Below, one piece after another: positions 1-9,722 of a stretch of 64,000 nt of DNA (position 1 is the stretch's first letter; every line of letters starts with the position of its first letter). The DNA is from a bacterium (GTDB lineage Bacteria; Patescibacteriota; CPR2; UBA1875; CAIMLA01), in contig JBAXUE010000002.1 in NCBI GenBank assembly GCA_037129835.1, positions 2,334 to 66,333 of the forward strand, given 5' to 3'. A model generated the notes under the pieces. It made no database searches and was not told where the DNA came from. It saw nothing but the letters and a program-made list of their open reading frames with translations. The position numbers and the translations under genes were made by a program.

Positions 1-303
1 TTTAGGGCACTCTCGAGAACGGCAATAAAGAAAATAGTTACACTCCAACTGAATGAGCTATCTCTTAGGCTGGCTAGTAAGAATATTATTTTACAGTTCC
101 CAAACAGTGTTAAAAATTTATTGGTAGAAAAGGGCTATGATGCAGAAAACGGCGCTCGTCCAATGCGTCGGATCATTCAAAGTCTGTTAGAAGACCCACT
201 GGCAAACGGTCTTTTATCGGGAGAATTCAAAGAAGGGGACACAATTTCAATACTCAGAGAGGGTTCGGATATCCGTCTTTATGTTTTACAAACGACAAAA
301 TGA
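1..303 (+). CDS. clpC: ClpC/ClpB-family AAA+ chaperone, C-terminal fragment (truncated by window start)
   Basis: GYDAENGARPMRRIIQSLLEDPLA matches the ClpB/C D2-small domain motif; followed by a PIN/TRAM gene as in clpC loci. Confidence 0.85.
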   Translation, partial: FRALSRTAIKKIVTLQLNELSLRLASKNIILQFPNSVKNLLVEKGYDAENGARPMRRIIQSLLEDPLANGLLSGEFKEGDTISILREGSDIRLYVLQTTK

Positions 304-371
304 TGTCTTGTAATATTGTCCCTACTAGATAATAATATTTATTAGCACATTAGAAACAAAAGGAGTAGTTT

Positions 372-1316
372 GTGAATCCGTTATTATTTATTGTCTTTAT
401 ATTTATCGCACTCCTGCTTGTAGCCATCGCAATTATAGAAGTACACGTAAAGCCGGCTATTAAGCATGTTATTTTAGGGTTAGTGACAATGATATTTGGG
501 CTTATGGTTGGTAGCTTACTAGCTGAACCATTGTCGAAATTACCAGGAATATTTGGACAGTATTTGCCTATTTCTGTCAGTGTATTTCTTGGTGCAGTCG
601 GATTGGTTTTTTATAAAAAGTTAATTCCAATTGTTGATGATAGTTCTAAAAATATTTCTCGACTCTTTAACTCTGTTATATCTCAGCCATTAATGGGTGG
701 TCAGCAAAAGAGTAAAAATTTTGATTCCGTTGTCGTAGATTCCTCGGTCCTTATAGATCGTAGGGTTGTAGATATTGCCAAGGCGGGATTTCTTCCTCAG
801 GTTCTTTTGGTGCCGAGATTTGTTATTAAAGAAATACAAAATATTGCAGACTCAAAAGAAAATGATAGAAGAGAAAAAGGACACCGAGGTTTGGATAGTA
901 TAAATGATCTAAAAAAAATTAAACAAAAAACATTTGAAATAACCACGGAAGAATTTAAGGATATTCCAGAAGTAGACCATAAGTTGATAGCACTCGCAAA
1001 AAAGAAGAATGCGAGCCTTTTAACAACCGATTTCAATTTGAACAAAGTGGCTACCAGTGAGGGCATCAGTGTTTTAAATATCAACGAACTTGCACAGTCG
1101 ATGAGACCAGATTTGCTGCCAGGTCAGGAGCTTATAGTAAAAGTTATTCATCACGGTAAAGATAAAACACAAGGAGTCGGTTATCTAGAAGACGGTACTA
1201 TGATAGTGATAGAGCAAGGCGGTAATAGTCTAAACAAACAGTTAAGGGTTAGGATAACTAGAGCGTTGCAAACCACGGCCGGGAAAATGTATTTTGCCAA
1301 GGTGCTTAATGATTAA
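372..1316 (+). CDS. Membrane-anchored PIN/TRAM domain protein (YacL-like)
   Basis: N-terminal TM helices; PIN motifs VVDSSVLID, LLTTDFNLNKVA, VLNINELA; TRAM motif QGVGYLEDGTMIVIE. Confidence 0.9.
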   Translation: MNPLLFIVFIFIALLLVAIAIIEVHVKPAIKHVILGLVTMIFGLMVGSLLAEPLSKLPGIFGQYLPISVSVFLGAVGLVFYKKLIPIVDDSSKNISRLFNSVISQPLMGGQQKSKNFDSVVVDSSVLIDRRVVDIAKAGFLPQVLLVPRFVIKEIQNIADSKENDRREKGHRGLDSINDLKKIKQKTFEITTEEFKDIPEVDHKLIALAKKKNASLLTTDFNLNKVATSEGISVLNINELAQSMRPDLLPGQELIVKVIHHGKDKTQGVGYLEDGTMIVIEQGGNSLNKQLRVRITRALQTTAGKMYFAKVLND

Positions 1317-2169
1317 TATTCAAAAAAACATATTACTTTCTAAATACACTACTTTAGGAGTAGGTGGACCGGCTAAATATCTGGTAATCGTAAATACAAC
1401 GGAAGAACTAATCGAGGCGCTTGATTATGCGAGGAACAAACACTTAGAGTTTGCAATTATTGGTGGAGGGAGTAATCTTTTAGTCTCAGATAAGGGTTTT
1501 TATGGCCTTGCGATAATAAATCGTTCTGGCTCTTGGCGTAAAGAGGGGTCTTATATCGTCGCAGATAGTGGCGCCAACCTTACTAAAGTGGCCTATGACG
1601 CTTTAGAGGCTGGTTGGACCGACTTAGCCTTCGCTTCTGGCATTCCCGGAAGTGTTGGAGCCGCAGTAGTTGGTAACGTCGGTGTACCAGATAGTAGTAT
1701 TTCAGATGTATTGGTTTCCACCATAGTGTGGGATGGAGGTCTAATAAAAGAAATTGTGAATTCGGAACTTAATTTTGGCTATCGCACATCAATATTAAAA
1801 CAAAATCGTGATGTTGTAGTAATTTCTGCAAAATTTAAGTTATCAAATGGTAAGATGGACGACACCTTAAAAATAATTCTTGAGGATAAGAAAAGACGGG
1901 CATTTTCTTACGTGGGACGTACTGCGGGAAGCTATTTTAAAAATCCGAAGGGTGATAAATCGGCTGGCGAATTAATAGATTCACTCGGGCTAAAAAGTTA
2001 CTCTATCAGAGGTGCAGAAATCAGCCAAAATCATGCGAATGTTATCCGTAATATGGGCGAAGCAACAGCGGGTGACATATATGACCTAGAAAAATATGTA
2101 ATTGAAAAGGTTAAGGATGGCTATAACATTACTCTTGAGCCAGAGGTCGTTAAACTGGGCAAATTCTAA
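1309..2169 (+). CDS. murB: UDP-N-acetylenolpyruvoylglucosamine reductase
   Basis: YTTLGVGGPA, IIGGGSNLLVSD, GIPGSVG, AGSYFKNP, LEPEV; start moved to ATG 1309. Confidence 0.95.
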   Translation: MINIQKNILLSKYTTLGVGGPAKYLVIVNTTEELIEALDYARNKHLEFAIIGGGSNLLVSDKGFYGLAIINRSGSWRKEGSYIVADSGANLTKVAYDALEAGWTDLAFASGIPGSVGAAVVGNVGVPDSSISDVLVSTIVWDGGLIKEIVNSELNFGYRTSILKQNRDVVVISAKFKLSNGKMDDTLKIILEDKKRRAFSYVGRTAGSYFKNPKGDKSAGELIDSLGLKSYSIRGAEISQNHANVIRNMGEATAGDIYDLEKYVIEKVKDGYNITLEPEVVKLGKF

Positions 2170-2171
2170 AC

Positions 2172-2465
2172 AAGAAGCCACCTTGGCATACATATTCGCG
2201 AAAACATATACACTTCAGTGGCTTCACGTTAGAAGTAGAGTGCTTTATTTGGGCAGTCACTACTTTTTGCCTAACGTACTCCTTTGTTAAGACGTAAACC
2301 TATATTGGGGTCCGTAGCTCTCATTACTTTCGCTTTGGCTTTTTTTAATCACCGAAGTTTCTGTAAAAAGTCGAGCACGTAGCTCCAGCCTTGGCAAGTA
2401 TAGGTCACTATCTTAACCGGGAGAGTTGTGGCCTGAAATTATTAAGACACAACTCTCACGATTAA
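2172..2465 (-). ncRNA. Candidate structured non-coding RNA (family not identified)
   Basis: Four consecutive stems fill the convergent intergenic region; extended -10 TGATATAAT on the minus strand just upstream. Confidence 0.5.
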
Positions 2466-2472
2466 CATTAGA

Positions 2473-2482
2473 ATTATATCAT
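2473..2482 (-). promoter_or_regulatory. Extended -10 promoter element (TGnTATAAT) pointing into the candidate ncRNA
   Basis: Plus-strand ATTATATCA is the reverse complement of TGATATAAT. Confidence 0.5.
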
Positions 2483-2528
2483 GGTTTAGGATTTGACCGT
2501 AATAGCGAATTTTTAATAACCAAAAGTC

Positions 2529-5033
2529 TTACAAAGGAGTAATTGTTGGAGTTGTTGTTGGAGTAATTATTAGTGTTGGGGTCGGGGTTGGAGTAATGGT
2601 CGGTGTGGGTGTTGGTGTGGGGATAATTTCACAAACATCTTGTGGTATTTGGGCTGCGTCTGTAGATAATCCGTTCGCTTGCGCCCAGGCAATGATTGGT
2701 GCAAACCACCTAGAATAAGCACCGTCTGTTGCAGGTATTTCTGCGGTTACGGCACCGATAGTTTTTGTTTCGGTATTTTCTGCAGTGGGAGGGCAGGATG
2801 GGTTTACTTGTTTGCCAGTTAATTTATTTATTTGGATGTCGGATGATTGCCCATTAAAGTCAGGTACTTTGTACCAAGAAGGGAAAATATCGGTAACAGT
2901 TTTTTTGCTATTCGCACTAGGTTTTCTTCCAGTAATTGCATCTAGGGTAACTGTTTTAACGCCGCTTGGTCTTTTGAACTGTTCGACAGCAGTATTAGCC
3001 AGAGCTTTTTCCATAAAGTCATGCCAGATAGGAGCAGCAGCGAAGGCACCACCGCCAGAAGTCATTGGAGTGCCATCATTATTGCCAGACCATACCCCGG
3101 CGACTAAGCTTGGAGTATATCCGACGGTCCAAGCATCTTTATAGCTGTTGGTTGTCCCTGTTTTTGCGGCTGCTGGACGTCCGCCAAGAGAGAGGGCACT
3201 ACCAGCACCGAACGTTTGTGCTCTAGCGGAATCGTCTGAAAGAACATTGCTCATTATGTAGGCAACTTGAGGGTCGAGCACTTGTTTACCTGTTTTGTCT
3301 GTATATTCATCGAGTGTTTTGCCTTTGCTGTCTTGAATTTTTACAAACCAACTCGTATCTTTTTTGACACCTTGATTAGCAAAAACTCCATATGCACTTG
3401 TCATGTCTAATAGTTTTACTTCTCCTGCGCCTAGAACAAGGGATAGACCGTATTGGCTTGGGTCATTAAGCGTAGTAATACCCATAGCGTGAGCAGTATC
3501 GATGGTCTGTGTTAGCCCGGCTAGATAAAGTGTTTTTACTGCAGGGATATTTAATGAATTTTGAAGGGCTGTTCTCATCGATACTGGACCCCAGAAACCA
3601 CCACTATAATTCTGGGGAACATAGCCTGCACCGAAATCTGTCTTCAGGTCATAGAGAATACTTCCAGCGCCAGTGTTGGCGTCTTTCCACGCAGTCGCGT
3701 ATGCAAAAGGTTTAAAGGAGGAACCTGGTTGTCTATCGGATATCGCTATATTTACCTGACCATCAATTTCTTCGTTAAAATAATCTCTACTCCCAACCAT
3801 TGCAAGAATCTGCCCTGTTTTTGGATCTATTGCCACGAGACCTGCGTTTGTGGCGCCATAACGACTTTTGTTTTTATCAACATTCGCGGCTACTGCCTCT
3901 TCGGCGGCTTTTTGTTTTTCGAGGTCAATTGAGGTATAGACTTTTAATCCACCAGTATTTACCAACGTTTCCCCATATTTTTTAACGAGTTGTTCTTTGA
4001 CATACATTACAAAATGAGGCGCCTCTATTGAACCATATGGATTATTTGAAAAAATAAGTTTTTCCTTTTTTGCTGCAACCGCTTCGGCTTTTGTAATATA
4101 CTTTTGATCTGCCATAAGATCGATAATCATGTCTTTTCTTGTCATCAGGTCGGTTACATGATTTCCGAAGGGAGAATAATAAGTGGGCGCGTTTGGTAAC
4201 GCAGCCAGAAGGGCGCTTTCTGCGATCGTTAAGTCTTTCATCTCTTTGTTGAAAAATGTACTTGAAGCTACTTTAATACCATAAGCATTTGAGCCATATG
4301 GGATTTCGTTGAGATACATTTTAAGAATGTCATCTTTTTTATACATTTGTTCGATTTCCATTGAAAGAATTATTTCTTTGGCTTTACGAGTAAGAGAACG
4401 TTCATTTGTTAGGATAGCATTTTTTACAAACTGTTGAGTGATTGTAGAGCCGCCGCCTTTTGATGAGTTCCTGGTGATTATACCCGTGACAGCTCGGCCG
4501 ATACCAAAAATGTCAAAGCCCCCGTGTTTATAGAAATTTTTATCCTCAATAGCAACTGTCGCATTTTTTACATTCTTTGGAATCTCATCCCAGCTTGCAA
4601 GTATGCGGTTTTGATCACCGTGTATTTCGTATAAGATTTTGCCATTTCTGTCGAAAATTTGGGTAGATTGGGCGGAAACCTTGGCATTTATTTTATCGGG
4701 GCTCGGTAAGTCCTTAGCAAACCATAGAAGTAGTAAGCAAAAAATAGCAAAAAGAACTAGCACGACAATACCTACCTTGATTAGTCCTTCTTTCGTCGTA
4801 AAAAGATATTTAAGGTATGCTTTTATATCTTTGAATTTAAAGTTTTTAAAATTTAATTTAATGGCAGTAACAGATGAACCAGATTTTACAACCTTGTTGC
4901 TACGAAAAGGTTTTTTTGAGGTTCCAACAGAGCTAGAAACAGAGGCTGTCCTTTTCCTTTTAGAGCGTGGAGATTTTGGGAAAGTGCTGTATTTCTGCTT
5001 AGAGAATCGTGAACTTTTTTTGCCAAAAGGCAT
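2529..5033 (-). CDS. Class A penicillin-binding protein (PBP1A family, transglycosylase + transpeptidase) with C-terminal Pro/Thr repeat tail
   Basis: EDKNFYKHGG, GGSTITQQFVKN, RKAKE, QPGSSFKPF (SxxK), SLN, KTGTT; (PT)n C-terminus. Confidence 0.95.
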   Translation of the reverse strand: MPFGKKSSRFSKQKYSTFPKSPRSKRKRTASVSSSVGTSKKPFRSNKVVKSGSSVTAIKLNFKNFKFKDIKAYLKYLFTTKEGLIKVGIVVLVLFAIFCLLLLWFAKDLPSPDKINAKVSAQSTQIFDRNGKILYEIHGDQNRILASWDEIPKNVKNATVAIEDKNFYKHGGFDIFGIGRAVTGIITRNSSKGGGSTITQQFVKNAILTNERSLTRKAKEIILSMEIEQMYKKDDILKMYLNEIPYGSNAYGIKVASSTFFNKEMKDLTIAESALLAALPNAPTYYSPFGNHVTDLMTRKDMIIDLMADQKYITKAEAVAAKKEKLIFSNNPYGSIEAPHFVMYVKEQLVKKYGETLVNTGGLKVYTSIDLEKQKAAEEAVAANVDKNKSRYGATNAGLVAIDPKTGQILAMVGSRDYFNEEIDGQVNIAISDRQPGSSFKPFAYATAWKDANTGAGSILYDLKTDFGAGYVPQNYSGGFWGPVSMRTALQNSLNIPAVKTLYLAGLTQTIDTAHAMGITTLNDPSQYGLSLVLGAGEVKLLDMTSAYGVFANQGVKKDTSWFVKIQDSKGKTLDEYTDKTGKQVLDPQVAYIMSNVLSDDSARAQTFGAGSALSLGGRPAAAKTGTTNSYKDAWTVGYTPSLVAGVWSGNNDGTPMTSGGGAFAAAPIWHDFMEKALANTAVEQFKRPSGVKTVTLDAITGRKPSANSKKTVTDIFPSWYKVPDFNGQSSDIQINKLTGKQVNPSCPPTAENTETKTIGAVTAEIPATDGAYSRWFAPIIAWAQANGLSTDAAQIPQDVCEIIPTPTPTPTITPTPTPTLIITPTTTPTITPL

Positions 5034-5153
5034 GATTGCTCCTAATTTATTTTGATTTTATAGCTAAAAAGTGTTTTAATTAACTTGTTAAGTCGTGCTT
5101 ACGACTAAACAGATTATACTTAATTTATATATAAAATGTCAAGGAAGCAAAAG

Positions 5154-6329
5154 ATGAATAAAATTGAAGAAATACTTACTCGCGGCGTTACGGATGTTAT
5201 TGTCAAAGAAGATCTTGAAAAAGTTTTGAAAAGTGACAAAAAGTTACGTATTAAACTAGGTATAGATCCCACTGGCCCAAAACTACATATTGGTCGAGCA
5301 ATTTCCTTGTGGAAGCTACGTGAATTCCAGGACTTAGGACACCAAATAGTTTTGATAATTGGAGATTTTACGGCTCAAACAGGGGACGCCTCTGATAAAA
5401 CAGCAGAAAGACAAATTCTCACACCCGAAGTAATAGCCAAAAATATGAATACATATAAGCAACAAATCGGTATGATTCTCGATATGGATAACGTAGAGAT
5501 ACGCTACAATTCAGAATGGTGGGGTAAGATGAGTGCTGGAGAGTTATTGCAAGAAGCAGCAAATTTCACCGTCAACCAACTAATCAAACGAGATAACTTT
5601 TGGCAAAGATGGGAAAATGATAAACCAATTGGTCTGCATGAAATATTGTACCCGTTGCAACAGGGTTACGACTCTGTTGCCATAAAGGCCGACGTGGAGA
5701 TCGGTGGTAATGATCAGCTGTTTAATCTGCTGGCAGGCCGGACAATGCAAAAAAAATATGGTCAAAAAGAGCAGAATGTAATCACTTTCGAGCTTTTAGA
5801 GGGTACTGACGGACGCAAAATGAGTACTAGTTATGATAATTGTATATATATCGAAGATGAGCCAAATGAAATGTTTGGGAAAATTATGTCGATCAAGGAT
5901 GAATTGATTTTGCGTTATTTGAAGTTAGTTACAGATATACCGATTGGTGAGGTTGAAATGATCAAGCTTGACTTAGAAAATGGGATGAATCCTAGGGATG
6001 CCAAAGTTATTTTAGGTAAAGCACTCGTGTCTAGATATCATGGGGTAGAAAAAGCCGAAGAAGCAAGTCAACATTTTCAGCAAGTTTTCGTTAATAAAGA
6101 AAAACCTACCGCGATTGAAGAGATTGAAATTTTGAAAAAGAAATGGCAGCTTGCAGAACTATTACATTTCGCAGGTTTGGTTTCCTCGAAAACAGACGGA
6201 CGTCGAATAATAGAACAGGGTGGTGTAAAAGTCGATGGAGCCGTGATAGGTGACAGAGAGGCTACCGTTAATTCTACAAGTGGTATGGTCATTCAGGTTG
6301 GCAAGCGAAAATTCATTAAAATAAAATAG
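5154..6329 (+). CDS. tyrS: Tyrosine--tRNA ligase
   Basis: GIDPTGPKLHIGR, QGYDS, GGNDQLFN, KMSTS, C-terminal S4 domain ending QVGKRKF. Confidence 0.96.
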   Translation: MNKIEEILTRGVTDVIVKEDLEKVLKSDKKLRIKLGIDPTGPKLHIGRAISLWKLREFQDLGHQIVLIIGDFTAQTGDASDKTAERQILTPEVIAKNMNTYKQQIGMILDMDNVEIRYNSEWWGKMSAGELLQEAANFTVNQLIKRDNFWQRWENDKPIGLHEILYPLQQGYDSVAIKADVEIGGNDQLFNLLAGRTMQKKYGQKEQNVITFELLEGTDGRKMSTSYDNCIYIEDEPNEMFGKIMSIKDELILRYLKLVTDIPIGEVEMIKLDLENGMNPRDAKVILGKALVSRYHGVEKAEEASQHFQQVFVNKEKPTAIEEIEILKKKWQLAELLHFAGLVSSKTDGRRIIEQGGVKVDGAVIGDREATVNSTSGMVIQVGKRKFIKIK

Positions 6330-6337
6330 GTGAAAAT

Positions 6338-6499
6338 ATGAACTCAAAAAAAAGAGAACTTTTAGAACTATTGTGGTTTATTATTGCGACTCTTGGGATA
6401 TATCTAATTATTAAGCTAGAAGGTGACTTTGCCGCTTTGGTTACTATCGGTATTGCGACTGTTTTCGGTTTTTGTATAATCTATTTCAAAAAGAAATAA
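6338..6499 (+). CDS. Small 53-aa two-TM membrane protein (below ORF-track cut-off)
   Basis: AGGTGA SD, then MNSKKRELLELLWFIIATLGIYLIIKLEGDFAALVTIGIATVFGFCIIYFKKK; stop abuts the recG ATG. Confidence 0.7.
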   Translation: MNSKKRELLELLWFIIATLGIYLIIKLEGDFAALVTIGIATVFGFCIIYFKKK

Positions 6500-8650
6500 A
6501 TGAATTTAAAAACTCCGATTATTGAAGTAGAAGGAATTGGTGAAAGCCATTCTAGATTACTCGAAAAGCTTGGAATATGCACAATCGAGGATTTTTTATG
6601 GTATTTACCAAGGCGCTGGGATGATTTTTCGAATATTCTTCTGATAAATCAGATACGACCAGGCGAAAAAGTAAGCATTAAGGCCAAAGTAGCCAGAATA
6701 ACCAATAGAAGAGTCAAAGGAACCCTGAATCTTACTGAGGCGATAGTTGCAGATGAAAGTGGACTCCTCAAGGTAGTCTGGTTTAATCAGCCGTTTTTAA
6801 CAAAAAATATCCATGTAGATGATGAAATATTCCTCTCGGGAGTTGTAGAGTTTTCTTATGGGTCAATTCAGATGACTAGTCCGACTTATGAAAAAGTTTC
6901 TTTTGATGATAATGAAACTATCCATACAGGGAGAATCGTGCCTGTGTATCCTGAAACTGCTGGGATTACATCCAAATGGATTAGGAGTAAGATACAGCCC
7001 CTAATGAAATATATGTATAGTATCAAAGATTACCTGCCAGAAAGTGTTAAAAGCGAAGAGAATTTGATCGACCTTCCGGCTGCAATACGTCAGATGCATT
7101 TCCCCGAAAACGAATCTCAACTAGAAAAAGCAAATGAACGAATGAATTTTGATGAAATGTTTCTTCTGCAAACGGCAGTACTGAATAGTAAGAAACAGCT
7201 CAAGACAGAAAAGGCTATAGCGACTCCGATTAACGATGAATTGATCAAATCATTTGTTCAGAACCTCGGTTTTGACCTTACTGTGGCTCAAAGAAAATCA
7301 GCATGGGATATACTACAGGATTGCGCCAAGGACTCGCCGATGAATCGTTTATTGCAAGGAGATGTTGGTAGCGGGAAGACTGTAGTCGCAGCTATTGCTC
7401 TTTTAAATACCGCGATTAGCGGTTCGCAGGCGGCTTTACTTTGCCCTACAGAAATTTTGGCCAAACAGCATTACGTAAAGGTCGCTGAAATGATGAAACT
7501 CTTTGAAATAGAGTGTGCCATTTTGACTGGTGCGACTCGAAAAGAAGAACGAGACATAATATTAGCTCGACTTAAGGAAGGGGAGATAAAAATAATCATC
7601 GGGACTCACGCCCTATTAGAAAAAAATGTTGAATTTTGGAGATTAGGACTCGCTATAGTGGATGAACAGCACAGATTCGGTGTAGAGCAGAGGGGAGCAC
7701 TACGAAAAGAAAGTATTTCTAGCGGCACGATTCCTCATTTTCTAGCGATGACGGCGACACCAATACCGAGGACCTTATCTCTCACTGTTTATGGCGACCT
7801 CGACATTTCTATCATCTACGAGCTTCCACCGGGAAGACAAAAGATAGTCACCCGCATAGTTCCAGAAGAAAAGAGATTAGACGCTTATGTGTTTATAAAA
7901 AAAGAAATAAACCGTGGCGGTCAAGTTTATGTAGTCTGTACTCTAGTGGAGCAGAAGATACAAGAAGATGAGCTGGTCTCAGAAGATTTAGAACAAGAAA
8001 CTTTGAGCGATATCCAAAAAAAAATTATTATTCATCCTATTAGTAAAACAGAAAGTAGTGAAAACGAAAGAAAATCAGTTCTAGATGAATATGGTCGGTT
8101 AAGCAGAAAGGTTTTTCCAGACGTTGTCGTTGATTATATTCATGGCCAGATGAAGACAAGTGAAAAAGAGCTGGCAATGAGCAAATTTGTAAACGGGACG
8201 ACCAAAGTTTTAGTTTGCTCGTCAATTATCGAGGTTGGCCTAGATGTTCCTAGTGCTACTATTATAATAGTCGAGGATGCTGAAAGATTTGGTCTTGCTC
8301 AACTTCATCAGTTTCGTGGTCGCGTTGGCAGAGGATTAAAACAGTCTTATTGTCTACTTTTTTCTAGTAGTAAAAGCGATACCGCGAAGAAACGATTAGA
8401 AGCTTTAGTATTTACCGATAATGGCTTTAAGCTCGCCGATACCGACCTTGAAATACGTGGACCCGGGGACTTTATCGGGGGTAGACAACATGGACTTCCA
8501 GATATTAAAATGAAAAATATGATGGACATAGAACTCATTAAAAGATGTCGAGAAGCTGCGAAAAGATTTGTGGCAGGATACGAGGTTGCCGACTATCCAT
8601 TACTTGTTAAAAACATAGATAAATATATGGGAGTGTTGACTCTTGAGTAA
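6500..8650 (+). CDS. recG: ATP-dependent DNA helicase RecG
   Basis: MNRLLQGDVGSGKT, DEQHRFG, MTATPIPRTL, AERFGLAQLHQFRGRVGRG. Confidence 0.97.
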   Translation: MNLKTPIIEVEGIGESHSRLLEKLGICTIEDFLWYLPRRWDDFSNILLINQIRPGEKVSIKAKVARITNRRVKGTLNLTEAIVADESGLLKVVWFNQPFLTKNIHVDDEIFLSGVVEFSYGSIQMTSPTYEKVSFDDNETIHTGRIVPVYPETAGITSKWIRSKIQPLMKYMYSIKDYLPESVKSEENLIDLPAAIRQMHFPENESQLEKANERMNFDEMFLLQTAVLNSKKQLKTEKAIATPINDELIKSFVQNLGFDLTVAQRKSAWDILQDCAKDSPMNRLLQGDVGSGKTVVAAIALLNTAISGSQAALLCPTEILAKQHYVKVAEMMKLFEIECAILTGATRKEERDIILARLKEGEIKIIIGTHALLEKNVEFWRLGLAIVDEQHRFGVEQRGALRKESISSGTIPHFLAMTATPIPRTLSLTVYGDLDISIIYELPPGRQKIVTRIVPEEKRLDAYVFIKKEINRGGQVYVVCTLVEQKIQEDELVSEDLEQETLSDIQKKIIIHPISKTESSENERKSVLDEYGRLSRKVFPDVVVDYIHGQMKTSEKELAMSKFVNGTTKVLVCSSIIEVGLDVPSATIIIVEDAERFGLAQLHQFRGRVGRGLKQSYCLLFSSSKSDTAKKRLEALVFTDNGFKLADTDLEIRGPGDFIGGRQHGLPDIKMKNMMDIELIKRCREAAKRFVAGYEVADYPLLVKNIDKYMGVLTLE

Positions 8651-9074
8651 CCAAGAAGAAGAAAAGAAACAAGAAACCAAAAATAAAATCAGAGAACAAA
8701 TCGGCATCCTACTTATCTGTTTAGTCTTGGTATTAAGCGGGTTTCTTTTGCTTAATCAAAAGAAGGATCAAGGAGAAATTAGCTTTGTAGCGGGAGATAA
8801 TACTGTAGTAGCAAATAAAAGCACAGACTCTACTGTAAGTACCCCGCAGGTTGCTGAGAAAACCACAACGGCTTCTATTTCTGAAAAAATTAATATTAAC
8901 ACTGCTTCTATTGAAGATTTAGATAAGCTTTCTGGGGTTGGTCCAGCGACAGCACAAAAAATCATTGATTACAGGGCTCAAAATGGTGGATTCAAATCGA
9001 TTGAAGAAGTAAAAGAAGTTTCTGGGATTGGAGATGTGAAGTATTCACAAATGAAGGATAATATCACTATTTAG
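8643..9074 (+). CDS. comEA: ComEA-family DNA-binding helix-hairpin-helix protein
   Basis: N-terminal TM, linker, KININTASIEDLDKLSGVGPATAQKIIDYR, VSGIG. Confidence 0.9.
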   Translation: MSNQEEEKKQETKNKIREQIGILLICLVLVLSGFLLLNQKKDQGEISFVAGDNTVVANKSTDSTVSTPQVAEKTTTASISEKININTASIEDLDKLSGVGPATAQKIIDYRAQNGGFKSIEEVKEVSGIGDVKYSQMKDNITI

Positions 9075-9079
9075 AGAGC

Positions 9080-9108
9080 TTGAAAAATCGGTTCAAAAGA
9101 TGTAAAAT
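9080..9108 (+). promoter_or_regulatory. Sigma70-type promoter for tRNA-Leu/trxA
   Basis: TTGAAA-17 nt-TAAAAT. Confidence 0.6.
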
Positions 9109-9154
9109 AGTCAAGTTAACTTTGTGCGAAATGATATCTTCTATAGAAAACCAT

Positions 9155-9239
9155 GGGGATGTGGTGAAACTGGTATACACGCTAGTTTTAGGAACTAGTG
9201 CCGCAAGGCGTGGAGGTTCGATTCCTCTCATCCCCACCA
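9155..9239 (+). tRNA. tRNA-Leu(TAG)
   Basis: GGGGATG/CATCCCC acceptor stem, anticodon arm CTAGT-TTTAGGA-ACTAG, long variable arm, GGTTCGATTCC, encoded CCA. Confidence 0.96.
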
Positions 9240-9339
9240 CGTCAGCATTCGCTGGCGCATGACGCAGATTGACTAACGTCAACTGTTTTATGCTTTCGCG
9301 ATGCTTCCTCTCCCGACAAAATTAGATAAATTTTGTCGG
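9240..9339 (+). repeat. tRNA-adjacent two-hairpin element, copy 1
   Basis: Starts CGTC directly after the CCA; same architecture as 48812, 49211 and 49654-49742 (reverse). Confidence 0.8.
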
Positions 9340-9375
9340 CAACGAGAAATATTAACGATAAAACTAGGAGGAACT

Positions 9376-9693
9376 ATGTTACACGTAGATGATACAAACT
9401 TTGAAAAGGAAGTAGTAAAAAGTGATATTCCAGTAATAGTGGATTTTTTTGCAGATTGGTGTGGACCTTGTAAAATGATGGGCCCAATCTTTGAGGAAGT
9501 AGGAAAAAAGTTTCATGGTAAAGTTAAATTTGTTAAATTAAATGTCGACGAAGCCCAGAAAACAGCACAAAAATACGGTGTTATGAGTATTCCGACATTG
9601 ATTACCTTTAAGGTCGGTGAGCCAGTTGATACTTTGGTAGGACTTCAGGACGAAGATTCACTGTCAGAAAAAGCAGAAAAACTTTTAAAGTAA
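9376..9693 (+). CDS. trxA: Thioredoxin
   Basis: WCGPC active site; GGAGG SD before ATG 9376. Confidence 0.96.
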   Translation: MLHVDDTNFEKEVVKSDIPVIVDFFADWCGPCKMMGPIFEEVGKKFHGKVKFVKLNVDEAQKTAQKYGVMSIPTLITFKVGEPVDTLVGLQDEDSLSEKAEKLLK

Positions 9694-9722
9694 AAATATT
9701 AAATAAAATATTCCCCGCCCTC

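Noticed and set aside
2102-2290. 62-aa ORF overlapping the murB end
   Set aside because: TTG start inside murB, no SD, overlaps the structured region; likely spurious
2529-2625. Repetitive GTTGGAGT/GTTGGTGT tract
   Set aside because: Encodes the Pro/Thr tail of the PBP; not a CRISPR array or a non-coding repeat
9067-9375. ORFs over tRNA-Leu and the extended trxA N-terminus
   Set aside because: They overlap the tRNA and its trailer element; trxA has a clear SD before ATG 9376
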